Assembly: GCA_009103225.1 (NCBI GenBank)
Contig: RHPI01001327.1
Coordinates: 282,666 to 346,665 of the forward strand
Source: Chlorokybus atmophyticus
Lineage: Eukaryota > Plantae > Mesostigma and Chlorokybus algae
Direction: 5' to 3'
Length of the DNA stretch: 64,000 bases
The position numbers were made by a program, and so were the translations under genes. Below the pieces are notes generated by a model. It saw only the letters and a list, made by a program, of their open reading frames with translations. It had not been told where the DNA came from and did no database searches. Positions 28,741-42,884 of this stretch are shown here, piece by piece (position 1 is the stretch's first letter; the number at the start of each line of letters is the position of its first letter).

Positions 28741-31700
28741 ATGGCGGCGGTGCATGCCATGAGCTCCTGCAGCTGGGTGGCGCCTGCGACTGTCGCTCTT
28801 GAGAGGACTGCTGCCAGCGCAAGGCGCAGCGTCGTGGACGTGGTGCCGCATGCCGCTGCTTCTGTGTCGAGCCGCAGCGAGTTCCTGCGTGGAGCTGGTC
28901 AGTGAGGGTGCAGCTGGCCTGTATTTGCTTAAAACTGTGGTCGTCGTGGGCTGGACTGGAAGGGTTCCTTCCGGCTCGTCATGCAGGCACTGGTGGGTGC
29001 TTAGCAGAGCTTCTGTTTCTTGCATTTTGCAGGTAGCAAGCAGCAGGCTGGCCTGCGGTTGCAGGCGTCCACGCCAATGTGCAGGCTTTCTCCTGCTCCC
29101 AAGCACATCACAAAGGCAGCCGTTAGTACTGACCTCTCCACTGACACGTAAGCTGCGCGGTCAAGCGGTTCTTGTGTTTTGTTGCAGGGAGGCATTTGTA
29201 CCTTGCATGTGTTGGCAATCTCATCGCCGTGGCGTTGTTGAGTCTGCAAGACCCACAGCGTCTATGTGCGAGCAGGCAAAGCAAGAAGCTTACACAGAAG
29301 TCTCGAATAGGCCTCATTGGCTTGGCAGTCATGGGCCAGGTAATGATCTGTTCATATGAGCTGACTTCAGGTTATGCCAAACCCATCAGGGCAGGCGCAC
29401 CCAGTATGTTGTCGTTCTACACAAGCGGTTGTCCTGCAGAATCTCGCACTCAACATTGCAGAAAAGGGCTTCCAGATATCGGTGTACAACCGCAGTTCAG
29501 ACAAGGTTGACGACACTGTCAGGAGAGCTGGTGAGGAAGGTGATTTGCCCGTCGTGGGTTTCAAGGATGTCAAGGCATTTGTCGAGTCAATTCAGAGGCC
29601 CAGGTGAGCAAGCAACACGCAGGCAGGCACCTCACCAGGCATCGCATATAGTTGTTCTGTGTGACAATTGCTGTATCTTCTAGGGCCATCATTATACTGG
29701 TCAAGGCCGGCGCTCCTGTTGATGCTACCATAAAGTTGCTCATGGAGCATTTGGCAAAGGGCGACTGTATCATCGATGGAGGCAATGAATGGTGCGGTTG
29801 CTCATGACTTTGTTCTTCAAGTGGAGAGCCATGCGTTAACTATTGTGCAACAGGTATGAGAACACAGAGCGACGTGCAGCTGAAGCGCAGGCTGCTGGCA
29901 TACTATACTTAGGCATGGGTGTTTCCGGTGGCGAGGAAGGCGCTCGCCATGGCCCATCTTTGATGCCCGGAGGCAGTGAAGAAGCTTACGCATTGATTGA
30001 AGACATTGTTCTCAAGGCAGCTGCACAGGTGGGCAGAATGCTGTCCAATAGCATGCACGTTGGTTGTCGTTGTCGCGATGCAAACCAGCGTTGCTTCAGG
30101 TTGATGACGGGCCATGTGTCACATACATTGGCAAAGGCGGCGCAGGCAACTTTGTCAAGATGGTGCACAATGGCATTGAGTATGGCGACATGCAGCTCAT
30201 CTCTGAGGCGTACGTGCTAATTGTTGAACGCAGCATCGTCTCATGCTGTGTCCCCTCATCATGTGCGTGCATGCATTGCACGATGTGCGTACATGCTGTG
30301 TGTGCATGTACACATGCATGCACACACAGCATGTACACACATTTACTTAACTGCATACGCGCCGGTTGTTTGGCAGCTGCGCAATTTAGCTGCACTACAC
30401 CAGTTGTGCAAGGTTTTAACTATCAGGTTGCGCGTTTATGGTGACTTTCTTGCAGTTACGATGTGTTGAAGACAGTTGGCGGTTTGACCAATGAAGAGCT
30501 GCATGCTGCGTTTTCGGAGTGGAATGCTGGAGAGCTGGACAGCTTTTTAATTGAGATCACTGCGCAGATCTTTGCGAAGAAGGATGATCAAGGCAAAGGC
30601 GGCTTCCTTGTTGACAAGGTATGCTGCCCCCATGTGCTACAGCCATGCAGTTGCACTTTCTCCCATCATAACTACTGTCTGGTACATTTTGCACATCTGC
30701 ATGCCTCTGTGCGTATCAGGTGTTGGATAAAACCGGCATGAAGGGCACAGGCAAGTGGACTGTGCAGCAAGCCGCTGAGCTGGCGGTTGCTGCACCTACC
30801 ATCACAGCCTCTTTGGATGGCCGCGTGCTCTCCGGGTTGAAGGACGAGCGTGTTGCAGCTGCAAAGGTATCATTTATGACTACCCTGCAATGCACACATG
30901 GTAGTGTACATTGCAGCACTAGCGTGTTGCATGGAATAAGTAAGCAAGAGTAGTACATTACAGGTGGGCCTAACATGCGCGCTCTCACTGCTGTTGTTAC
31001 AGGTGTTTGATAAGCTGAAAGCTGAGAAGCCCAATGTCGACAAGGCCAAGTTGATTGAAGATGTCCGCCAGGCGCTGTATGCCAGCAAGATTTGCAGCTA
31101 CGCCCAGGGGATGAACCTTATCAGAGCCAAGAGCATGGAGCAGGGTTGGGATATTGACTTGGGCAGTCTAGCAAAGATCTGGAAGGGCGGCTGCATCATC
31201 CGCGCCGTGTTTCTGGACCGGATCAAGCAGGTAGCACTGCGTAACACACTGTTGGCGTGTCGTTGGCAGGCTTGCTTGTGGGTATAAGCAGTGCAGTGCA
31301 GTGCAGTGCAGTTACACCAATTGTTGACAGGCGTATGAGCGGAATCCTGACCTGAAAAACCTTCTTGTTGATCCCGACTTTGCTGAGGAGCTGATTACGC
31401 GACAAGCAGCTTGGAGAAGGGTTATCACCACAGCAATTGGCGCCGGGATTAGTGTACCTGGAATGATGGCCAGGTGAGCAAGATGCTCAGGAGCAGTTGA
31501 TTGCGTTAATATGTGGGTGTTGAACCGCTTCACTTGGTTTGGTTGTGTGGTTTGATGCACTATGTCTTATGTTGACCATTTGTGACAGACTACAGTAAGA
31601 CGTGTTGTGACTTGGAAGGGTTGCCGGGTAGCGTGCTGATAGTTGTTGCCTGCTCGCAGTCTGGGGTATTTCGACTCATACAAACGAGCTTCTCTGCCCG

Positions 31701-31798
31701 CCAATTTGGTTCAAGCGCAGCGCGATTACTTTGGTGCCCATACGTATGAGCGAGTTGATATGAGTGGCGCGTACCACTCACAGTGGTCCAAGCCTTGA
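28741..31798 (+). CDS. PGD: 6-phosphogluconate dehydrogenase (decarboxylating), plastid-type with transit peptide, many exons
   Basis: [11 protein letters not shown]|[19 protein letters not shown]|[66 protein letters not shown], and [20 protein letters not shown]. The N-terminal exon is Ala/Ser/Arg-rich. Confidence 0.97.
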
Positions 31799-33081
31799 GT
31801 ACTGCGCGAAATTAACAGGAGACTCATTACTACGTTATAATTGGTGTTTGCTCGCATTGAACTGGACATATATAGTTGCTGCAGAGTCGTCTAGTGTAGC
31901 TCAGCCCCTATGTTCATGTGCCATTGATATTTGCATTGCTGTTTGAATTTCCTTGCTCAATTGGAAGTAAGACGAAAGGTATATGCTAGTACTGTGGTCG
32001 TGTGCATGCTTGCGTGGCATTTACCTCATAAGGGTGGATGCCAGATACTTTCCTGTTTGCAGTGCCGTGAGTGACGACATCGTACACCAAGTTGTTTGTA
32101 CATGTTATCAACTCTGGAGCATGATTGTCAGTGCACTGCTGTGCGCAGTACGATGATACGTCGCTACTGTTGATGTGCCTGCTGAAGAAATTGGTACGCA
32201 GTACCGGCACTGTGACTGCATGCGATGAAAGCACTACAGTGCATCAGCCCTGCATGCATTTACCTAATAAGCATACAAGCTTCACAAACCACAGCAGCTG
32301 GAGGGAGATGGGACATGATTTGGGTTGGTTGAGTCGGCTACCCAAGTGTGGCAGTAGCAGGCAGTGCGCAGGGCCCTTAGCGACCACTAGATGAACGACG
32401 CAGGTCAAGGCAAAGCCTCACACCTGCTGAGGACCAACCAATGAAAGCCCGCCAGCATTGGGGTCACTGCACCTTTACTGAGGTAGACAACCAGAGTGTA
32501 GAGCATGTAAACATGCCATGTGTCGGCATGTATGGTCAAGCACCCACCACACAGCTCTGTAAGGACCAACCACAGGGACTGATAGGTGCGAGTTCATTTA
32601 TGCGCGCCGCCGTGGCAAGGCGATACTTGCATTCACGCAGCATTGCCGCGGGCATATTATACCGCCTCACTTATCAGCAAGAGCTCTCTGTCTATCAAGG
32701 CAACCAGCAATCATGCGCATAATAATTGCCTGCATCCTGCGTACATTGAGACACCAACTACCACAACGACAGGTAATGTCAATTAACAGTAAGCCCGCTC
32801 CCCACCCCGCTCCCCACCCCGCCTATCCACACCCTTGCAATGGCAATGCCTCATGCCTCCATTGGGTTTCAATTGCTATAATATGGTCCAGCAAGCAGAT
32901 AAGGAGGCTGCGCGTTCAAAACTAATTACTACTGCTTGCAACAGGCAAGCAAGTACAAGTTATGCATGGATACATCCCTGTGTTTAGCTTGTGGCCGTTG
33001 TGATACTATGTCTTGCTACGTGCTAATGGCCCGATTGCTCTACCATATGGATACATCACGCACACGCTCACACTGCACGCA

Positions 33082-33084
<3 letters not shown>

Positions 33085-33132
<48 letters not shown>
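33085..33132. repeat. (GA)24 microsatellite
   Basis: Directly visible. Confidence 0.95.
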
Positions 33133-33133
<1 letters not shown>

Positions 33134-34300
33134 GTCCCCCAAGCAGGCCTCAAAGTGCGTGTTGGGAGTTCTGCATTGGCCTTCCGGTACACATCATGCC
33201 ATACGACAAACTAACGTAGAGCCTCAATGGCACGCTTTCATCTCTAAACTGTCAAGTCTTGTTGCGTAAACCTTGCTACCTACTATCTCCCCAACCTGCC
33301 TCTACGGCCAAGCTCAGCCGCACCGCCAGCGCCACCGCCGCCGCCATCGCCACGCACGCTCTTGACAAGACGCCTTTACTCAGCTTTGCCTACGCTGTGT
33401 GGCGTACCACAAGCATGCACGGTGCGCGTTCGAGGTAAATGTCGCGGGCGGGCACTTCAAGTGCGCCTTTTGCAATGCGTGGGCCAGGGCAGCCTGGCAG
33501 GGTGTTGTTGCTGACCGAGGCGGCGGTCGTGGCGTCGTCGTCGCGGTGAAGGAGGAGCAGGAGGTGCAGCCAGGAGCTTGTAGTTGACGAAGCGTTCTTT
33601 GGCGTGGCGTTTGTCAGCGTGATCGCGGGGCGTGCGAGTTATTTGGGATCGCGCCAGCTGCTTCGCCGGTGAGCAATGAATGGTTGCGTATTTGTAGTAG
33701 GATCTGGCTTCACTGTTGGTTCGTACTCATGTTTTCTGCTGCTAAACGAACGCGTCTCATTGCAAGCATTGCAGTGTCCCTTCTTTGGCTTGGCTGCTGC
33801 GTTGATTTCGAGGTGTGTCCTTAGTGTCAAGCTGACACTGTCAAGTCTCTTTTCTTGAGCTCACTGGCTGCCTGCCGAGATCTGCTCAGTTTTGCAGCAG
33901 CAATTGTGAAACATGCATTTTGCTCAGTTACCAAACAGATGTTGACTGCATCTTTAGTGGTCTGCTATCTCACTGGCAGCGCTGTGTTGTGCACCCAGAT
34001 AGTGCGTGAAGGATGGTGGGCTTTGAAGCTAGCCCTACAGTCTCGTTTCATGCACGTCAGCAATGACGTGAGCAAGGTGGCGTAACGTTTGTTCATTGCT
34101 TGCTGCATGCGTGTGTGGCCGCTGGCTGGCAGTGCAATTGCTATTCATGTTCAATGTGTCCAACAAGTCTCACACACAATTGCTGCAACTCTGGTCGATT
34201 ACATGACAGTCGTCACATCAGACTACTTTGCTGAACCATGATGTTCTGCAGTTGGTGCAACGCGTGACATTCGCCCAAACATATTGCAGCTTGATGCAAT

Positions 34301-37300
34301 ATGGGCAGAAGCAAACACAAGGGTAAACACAAAGGTGCTGAGGCTATACAGGTGAAGGTCAACTTGGCGCTCGCCTCTGAGTTGCCTTCAGATGATGTCG
34401 ACCAGACCACGCCGACTTCAGAGTCGGAGGAGCAGTTGACCCCTCTGCTGGACGTCAGTTTAACGCCATCAGCCTCTCATGACGGGCCATTACCTGCCGA
34501 GGAGCTGGCAGCGGAACGCTCTCAACAGCTGAGCAGCAATGTTGATGCAACCAGTGAAGTGCCAGCACCTGTACAGGATGCTGCAACGGACAACGTGTCG
34601 TCCACAGCTATTGCAGCAGACTTGGATTCGGAGCTGGATGCTGCACCGTCGAGTCCCCCGCTGACTGATGAAGTCCATGAGGAGCCCTCAACAGTTTCAA
34701 TTGAAGAGGCAGCTGCAGTTGTTGGGACAGACGAAGTACCTGCACCTGATGCTAAGGCGGCAGCTGCTCTCCCTGATGAGCATGGCAACTCATCTAGTTC
34801 TCTACCATCTGTGGCAATTGCTGGCGAGCCCGCCGTCGGACTGGACTCAGACACTCAGGAGGTGGATGCGGCGCCATCAAGTCCCCCACTGCCTATTGAA
34901 GTCCACAGCGAGCTTTCAACAACTGCATTTGGAGAGGGCGTGCATTTGCAAGACGCGATAGCTACAGCTCATGATGTTGAGACGGCAGCTGCCCTTCCTG
35001 ATGAAGCCCACGATGAGCCCTCAACAACTGCAGCAGGAGGGGGTGTCAATCTGCAGCATGCCACAAGTCATGATGGTGACACGGCAGCGGTTCTCCTTGA
35101 TGTTGTCCACGCCAAGCCCTCAGGAATTGCAGCAGCAGAGAGCGTGGATTCGCAGGAAGCGGCAGCTCATGATGGTGAGACATCTGCCCTTCCTGATGAA
35201 GTCTACGATGAGCCCTCAACAAGCGCAACAGGAGAGGGCGTGGGTTCGCAGGACGCGGTAACTCATGTTGGTGAGACAGCAGCGGCCCTCCCTGATGAGC
35301 GTGACAACACAGTCAACTCTCCTCCTCCTATGGCAATATATGAGGAGCGCAGCGCTAGCCAGTCTGCTCCCGTGCCATTAGAAGGTGTAGGAGCTGTGGC
35401 CTCAACATCTGCAACAGGCGAAGGCATGAGTTTGCAGGACGTGGTAGCTGCCGGTCATGATGTTGAGATTGCAGTTGTTCTCGCCGATGAGCGTGACAAA
35501 GAAGAATCCACTCCTCCACCACCTGTGGCAAGCGAAGCCAACCTCATGGCCAGCCAGTCTGCTCCAGTGCCATCACCAGTCAGTTTACTGGAACCAGAAA
35601 GTGCAGGTGATTCTGCTGTTTGGGCCAAGCATAATGGTTCAACATCATTATTTCCTGCATTAGCGCAGGCCGATGTGCATAGCAACTCATTGCTGCCGAC
35701 AGATGGCATGGAGCCTGCGTTGCCAGCAGCCCACGCAGTTGAAAGCAATAATGTCAAGCAACTTGATGGTTTGATGTCAGCATCCCCTGCGATAGTGCAG
35801 GCCGATGTGCACAATAACTCCTCCGTGCTAGACAGCATGGAGCCTGTGTTGCCACCGGCCCCCGCAGTCGAAAGCAATGTTGCCATCGCAGCTCAGTTAC
35901 CCGAGACAAGTGTGCAAACCTTGTCTGTGGCAGCAGTTCCTGCAAGGCAAAACACGTCGGGCAGTGGCCACATATCATCACCTACGCAAGCTGTTAAAGA
36001 TGATATTGATAGGCGCTTGCAAGCTGCTGAGGTTGCCAGCCTGAGGCAAGCTAAACAGGAGCTAGAGACCAAGCTGATCAAGTTGCAGAAAGGGCTTAGA
36101 AACCGCATGAAGGAGCTTGCAAACGAGAAGCAGGACATGCAGCTGCAGCTCGATACGGCTTCCCAACGGGCTGCAGAGTTGGAAGCGCAACTTCATGAAC
36201 AGCGAGCACTTGCCGAACAACAGGCTGCTGCACATGCAGATAGCGCTGCGCGGTTGCAGATGCAAATCGGAAGGCTTGCTGAAGAGCTGGCAAATTCTCA
36301 TTCTGAACTTGAGCTGCGCGAGCGGGCGCTGACTGAGTCCCGGCGTATGGCTTCTGCCAAGGAGCAATCTGTTCTTGACCTGCAGCACACTTTGGAGCAG
36401 TTGAATTTGCAGCACAAGGACACTCAAGCTCAAGAGGAAGAGAAGTTTGCTCAGCTAACTGCACAGTTGGCCCAGTCACAAGCAGATCTGCAGCACAACC
36501 GCGATGAGCTCGTGCAAGCGAGAGCCCACACCGATTCACGCATTGTAGAACTGGAAACCCAGCTTGCAGCCGCTGCTGCTGATGCAGAAACTGCCTCCGC
36601 CAAAGCGGCAGAGGAGGCCGCAACGCTAGAGGCAGCGCTTGAGGTCGTCAAGGCAGACCTCAACAGGCGGACCCGCGAGCAAGACGGCGAACGCGAGCGC
36701 GTGAAGGTGGCAATGGTTGAGATGCGGAAAAAGGTGGAACGGGCAGAAGCCGCCAGGCGCAAGGCTGTTGCTTCAGCCGATGGGGTGAAGGAGGTGTTGG
36801 AAAATGAGTTACAGCAGTCCAACACAGCCCGTAACATTTTAGAAGAAGAGCTCGCTGCTGCCAAGGACCAACTTGTCAGATTACAAGAAGAGCTCAGGTC
36901 CTACAAGCAGCGTGCGCAGATGCTGCTGAAACGTAAGGTGGGCAACTGCAGTTCTGACCATAACATCATGTGCGTTTCTTTGCACAGCTTACTCACAATC
37001 ACAATGCTTGCAGGACGAAGAGTTGTTGGCTTCTGCCACCGCCAAACGCAACCAAGCTGCCGAGCAGGCCCTGCATGAAACCCAGCAAGCTTTGCAAGAG
37101 ATTCTAGCAGAGCGAGATGCTTCTGTCAGGGCAATCAGTGAGATGGCCCAGCAGCATCAAGACGAGTTGGCGACATACGAAGAGGCTGCCATCGCCCGCG
37201 AGCAGCGCATAGCAGACCTCCAGCAGCAGTTTGACTTGGCAAGCATGGAGGTGGTTCGCGTTGCAGATGAATGGCGTACACGCTGCGAGACAGTTGAACG

Positions 37301-38306
37301 CACTTGGCGGGAGCGCTGTGAGGCGATGCAAGCACAGATTGCAAGCTTGGAGAGAAGCAGCAAGGTGTGTCAAGTTGCTTCAATCATACCGCCAACAATA
37401 AGCGATTGGCAGACTTTTAGTTAGTCGCATGTTGGTGCAGCCATGAGCTCAAACCATCATGACATATCTCTGATGCCCCTTGTCCACTGCAGGTTGCTGC
37501 TCGTACACGATCAGAGTTGGAGTCGCTGCGCAAGGAGCGTGACAGGCTGAAGGAGGAGTTCAACAGCTTTCGAGACATTGCTAGCAGCATGGTGGAAGCG
37601 AAAGACACGGAGATTGCAAAATTGCTGGATGACATGGCTGCATTGCGAGTGCGTCATGTGCGCCAGCAGTCCGATGCCGCCTCGCATCTCAGCGACGATA
37701 CTCACACACCGCTATCCAGAGCCAGCATGTCCTGGTCCTCAATGACAGAGAAAGTTAACGGGAGAACTGAACGGTTCCATGATCCGGTCAGCGAGGACCT
37801 GGCTTACCAGTTGCACCTGCAAGACAAGCGAGATGAGCAGCTGGCCTTTGCGGAGGTACTTGCTCTTGCATCAAGGACTCTGCTATGGCATGACTTGTGT
37901 CAAGCATTGTTTACCTGTGGATTATGTATTGCAGCGCAAGGTGATGGAACTACAGGAAGAGCTGGTCGAAGCGCAGCAGGAGATCGAGTTACATACGGCT
38001 CAGGAGACTGCCCTGAAGGAAGCTATACGGGAGCTTGAGCGCAGCAAGCGACGAGAGGGCGTGGACATGACCTATCTGAAGAACATTGTTTTGAAATTGA
38101 TACTGTCAGGGGAGGTGGAGACACTGCTGCCTGTTGTTGGCTCGCTGCTGCAGTTCACGCCTGATGAGATCAAGCGGTGTAAAGATGTGTATGACACGCG
38201 GCAGGCAGTGCCGTTGAGCGCAGCAGTGTCTGTGGTGGATGCAATGGCCCAGCCAACGCACTCGCTGTTTACTTCATTAGCAGCGACTTTTGGCAGCAGA
38301 ACCTGA
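34301..38306 (+). CDS. GRIP-domain golgin (trans-Golgi coiled-coil tether) with a long acidic repetitive N-terminus
   Basis: The 925-aa first ORF turns into heptad coiled coil. Further exons end in the GRIP motif VDMTYLKNIVLKLILSGEVETLLPVVGSLLQFTPDEIKRC. Confidence 0.88.
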
Positions 38307-39779
38307 TTGTTTAGTGTATGATCTTGCCGCTTTCGTGTGGGCATTGCCTACAATGCTGCATGGCTGTTACTCCTATGCAGCAACACCTGCACGCTATCTT
38401 GCAGTTTCACAGCAGTTGGTTGAAGCAATGATGCAGACCATGCAACCAAGCACCGAGGGGTAGTGTTCCCAGGCGGCAAGCATGCCATTGCCACCCGCAA
38501 CATCAATAGTGACAGCTGAGTGGCTTTGTGGGTTGTACTGCAGACAAATATGATGCCTGCCGCATGCAGCCGCTGTGTACAAAGTATGCAATGAGGTGTA
38601 TGCGTAGTGTATGCATCATGGCACACAATGCGCATGCTAGCAGCAATGCATACGCCAACACCCACTGAACACTAGCTCATCAATCACTCGACGCGCACTT
38701 ACTCAACAACAACCTTGGCAGCAAACCGAGCAGCGACGGCTTCAACTACACACGCCCATGTGGGCAGGTGATTACCAACTGCATGTTGACTGCTGCATGT
38801 CTAACGGGGTAGAGGCGGTAGATTAGCGTGCTAGTAGTAGCCCGGTGGTCAACTGAATTTCATTTGATGTACCTTGCATGTGTTGCTGCGTGCTGACTTG
38901 ACTACACGTTGTGCATGCGCATGCATGTCTTGCATTTGATGTACACGGGCCCCTAACTCTTATGCCATTTGCACGTTACAAGCGCTTGCTGTCTGCCACC
39001 ATGCCTAAAGATGCACGCAATGCACAATGTCTACCTATGTGAGTGATGCGTCCACCTCAGTGGTCAGGGGACAATGCGCCGACGATGTCAAGCCTAGCAT
39101 GGCCGTCACTGTCGCTGCTCCCCACTCCATACTCATCATGGCCTGTGCGCGCTGCAGTGTGCAGGCTACATGCTCATGGCAAAGACGCACGAACCTTCCT
39201 TCAAATCGCTGCTCCTTCCTAAATCTCTACATCTTGTGCCGTATGTACAGGATATGCGCGAGACAATTGTGTTATGCATGTATGTGGGGATATAAGCTGG
39301 TGAAAGGGTGCTCGTAATAGAATGCAATTATTGAGTATCGAAAGATGGAGACACTAAGCACAAAGAGCATGTGCCGCTTTAAATCCATCTCCATCTTATT
39401 TGCAAACACTGCACTGCCGAATTCTTACTGCCAATAATTGGTGTATTTCCAAACATGAATGATTGCAGGTTGAACATAATACAACCAACTTACATTTGAA
39501 TGTCAAGAAGTGATGTTAATGACTTAGCTGTAGCAGCACTTGCGAAAACGAGTAGATATACCAACGAGGTGTAAAGGCTGCGTACCGTAGCGCCACACAC
39601 TTTTTGAACAGTAATCTATTGCAAAAAGCCTCGATATTGAACCGTAAGCATACAATCGAGGCCATTTTATTTTGAACATCAATGCAATGTTTTTACTTCT
39701 TTGCTTAAGAATTTACTGCGTAAATTGGGACCCGAAGCGAAATGTACCCGGCGTTACGGTAGTGCAGTATAAGTTGTTT

Positions 39780-40150
39780 GTTAGAGACCTCTGAGTAAGA
39801 GATCTCACATTGTAAGAGACATTTTTAAGAGAATATATCCTTACTAGTCAAATCTCTTCATTCTAAAAGTAAGAGACCGCACCATAAGAGACGTCAACAT
39901 CATCATTTTCTCTAACACGAAGGGTGCGATTGTGAATGCAAAGATGAGTGTGCTTTATATTTTACCGGATATAAGCAAGTGTTATACATATATAGTGTGT
40001 CACATCATGACATAGCATCACACGCTATAAGTTGCGTGATGTTGTGACGTAACCTTGATGTAAGCGATGACCTTCATGTAAGCAGAGTCTACATGAAGGA
40101 AGGAGACCCTTTGTGTAAGAGACAATGTGTAGAGAATAAACGTGTCTCCT
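39780..40150 (-). mobile_element. Degenerate member of the same MITE family as 57009-57471, lacking clear TIRs
   Basis: TAAGAGA(C) occurs at about 39796, 39813, 39826, 39870, 39885 and 40116. TTAAGAGAATAT, GTGACGTAAC and GAGAATAAA match the reverse complement of the MITE's internal motifs, in the same order. Confidence 0.5.
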
Positions 40151-40412
40151 AGAAGTTGCCACTCACAACCGTGAAACATGCGATTCAAGGTCTCCGATCA
40201 TCTGTGACTTACGAGCAGTTTGCCACAACGACAGGCCACCGTGCAGCCGTACTACTGTGTTCCTGCCAGATGGCAAGCCACCGTGGCACGCACACACAGA
40301 ACTAACGTTCAGGGCGCTTGCACACAAATTAGCTGCTGGTGAAGAAGTGTGGCGGCGGAGGAAGTGGTGAAGGAGGAGGAGCTGGTGGAGGAGCTGGAGG
40401 AGGGCGGGTTAC

Positions 40413-42883
40413 ATGTCACGACGTGTGTTGGAAGTGGCGCCGTCGCTGTTGCGGCGCGGCTGCCAGCAGCTCGCCGCCCCTACCGCAGCCGCTCGGACAG
40501 AACGCTTGCTGTCTACAAAAGCCGCCGCCGCTGTGACTGCTGCTAGGGTTTGGGATTCGCCATCGCATGCCAGCTATCATTCCTACAGTCGTGGTGCGTA
40601 TGCTTCCTTGTCTCACTGGCATTTGCGCGTGCCGCACAGGCATGACATGCAATTGTCCCGAACTTACGTATAGTTGCGAGATTTGGTGCACATACGCCTG
40701 TGAGCATTGGAGTCTTCTGCTAGCGTTACACCGAATCAGTGCAGCTATATCTGTTTCAGTGTTGCACTCAATAGCCCTTGCTTGTGCTCGCCTATTAGAA
40801 TTGCCAGCCATTTGCACACAGTGACTAGCAATCAATACTAGCAATCAATTTCACTAATATACATGTACTCTTGCATTTTCCCTGTAATGTGTCTTGCTAC
40901 TTTTACACTCTGTTACCAGCGACAGTGCATGTTAATTTTGAAATCAGTGGCGGTTAGCATGCACAGTGTGCAGCATGTACCAACCGCTTCATCTATGCAG
41001 CAGGGCAAGCGAGTTCACAGATTGAGGCGACAAGTAATGTAACGCCTACAAGTTCAACTGCTGCGAGCAACCCATGGGCACACGCTGCCCGCAGATATGT
41101 ACATGCACAAGCCAGGTTTGGGTGCGCTGCTTCAAATGCAGCGGTGCTTGAAGAATCGGACGCTGATCAGTCTGAGCCCAGCTCGAGTGAACTTGCTGAA
41201 CTGCGGCATCGCGCAGTGCTTTTGCCACAGAGTGATTATCACGATGATGATGACGATGGCGATGAGCAAGAGGTTGTGTGCGAGATAGACCTCGACAGGG
41301 AGTACATAGACCAGTTCACCCTACGTGCCACGGATGTGTCATGGCCTGTACAGGCGTACTACATTGCTCGCAACATTGACACCAGACAGGTACCCGCTCG
41401 CTAGTGCTGTGGTTTTCCTCTTGGATATGCCTGACATGTACGGACAACATTGATTCTGTTGCAGTTGGTGGAGCAAGCTTTTCCAAGAAGCAAACAGCAC
41501 AACACTCCCAAGGATTCCAACAACTGCGTGGTGATTGCGCTTGATGGACATGAAGCCTTGACTGCGGCCAAACAGGCATGGTGATAAGTAGCAAGTATGT
41601 TTCAAGCAGTATTGTTTCTTTCGTTTCCAATCATTGATCCCCAGCAGGCAGAGCCTAGCAAGTACTTGGTTGTATATACATATGGGGCGGTGGTGGGGTT
41701 CAAAGTCAGCGAGGATGAGATGCAGCACTACTTAAGTATAGTCGAGCAGTATACAATGGGCCTGGATAAGGACGTGTCCATGGTCAAGGAAGGTACGCAT
41801 TGACTAATTATTATTGCAGCAATCTCGCAAATGTCTGTTGTTTCAGACTGCACAGGCTTATGTACATTGTATGCAATTGAACAGAGTATCAGGTAGTGGT
41901 CAGACCTGAGCTAGAAACATGGAGCAAGTACGACCCAAGGGCGGACTTCCTTTTGCTGCAGACACTGGACGTTCCAAACATCCGCATCATCTCTAGTGTG
42001 CTCGCACTGAGCGTGGCTCTCAATCGCTATGAGCGCAAGGTGAGAATTACTGCCCGTCAGCATGTAGCGAGCATGGCAAGTGCACACTGTGGCTGTGGCA
42101 GCCTGCCTGCTGTTCTTATGCAACTCCAAGCCTATCAATGCGCGGCCCAGGTGGATTCTGTGCTGAAGCAGTTCGGCACTGTCAATGACGAGATGCAAGA
42201 TACGGGCACGTTCTCGTTGAAGAAGAAGCAAGTGTTTCAAATGGTGGCTACTATCAACAACGTGTTCACAGACGCTCTTCACAAAATACGTGTTATGGAA
42301 AGGTGATGTCTTTGGCTAGGACACCGCCTTTCATTGCGTGTCTTGGAATTGAAATGCTGACATTGAGACTGCAAGTAGGTCCGAGCTCGCTTGGGAGTCT
42401 GCCAAGTATAACACTATCTGGGAGCTATTGCGCAAAGAGTTTGAGATTGCGAACCGTTACGCCACAATGAAGGACAAGCTGGATCTTGTTCAGGTAATGG
42501 CCATTTTGCCCGCACATTTATGTAGGTCAGTACACTCTGAAGTTCAATGGTGTGACATTGCTCTCGCAATGATGGAGCTGCTGACATGTTTTATGTCTGT
42601 TTACAGCACAATCTGCGCTTCTTCCTGGAGGTACATTTGCCTTGCATGTCGCATGACACATTGCAAGCGTTCCATTTGAGAAAGCTCATGCAACGTGTCT
42701 GATATTCTTATAGTTTGCGCTTTGCCAAACTTTTATTGCGTCACACAGGTCATACAGAACCGGAAGTCAGATTTTCTCGAGTGGACAATCATCTGGCTCA
42801 TTGCTTTAGAGATTTGCGTCAGCTGTTGGGATCTCTTCACCCGTAGTCACGCTGCGGATGCAGTGCAATCAATACTGCAATAG
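40413..42883 (+). CDS. RMD1/RMND1-like DUF155 protein with an organellar targeting-like N-terminus
   Basis: VQAYYIARNID, YLVVYTYGAVVGF, IRIISSVLALSVALNRYE, AWESAKYNTIWELLRKEFEIANRYATMKDKLDLVQ|HNLRFFLE|VIQNRKSDFLEWTIIWLIALEI. This is the typical DUF155 C-terminal LEWxIIxLI plus a TM segment. Confidence 0.88.
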
Positions 42884-42884
42884 T

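Noticed and set aside
31787-31798. Peroxisomal targeting signal on 6PGD (and on MENG, 2168-2179)
   Set aside because: The C-termini SKP and SKQ do not fit the PTS1 consensus, and both proteins have transit-peptide-like N-termini.
31900-33347. Possible minus-strand gene starting MAAAVALAVRLSLAVEA
   Set aside because: The first exon is plausible, but downstream exons could not be joined in frame.
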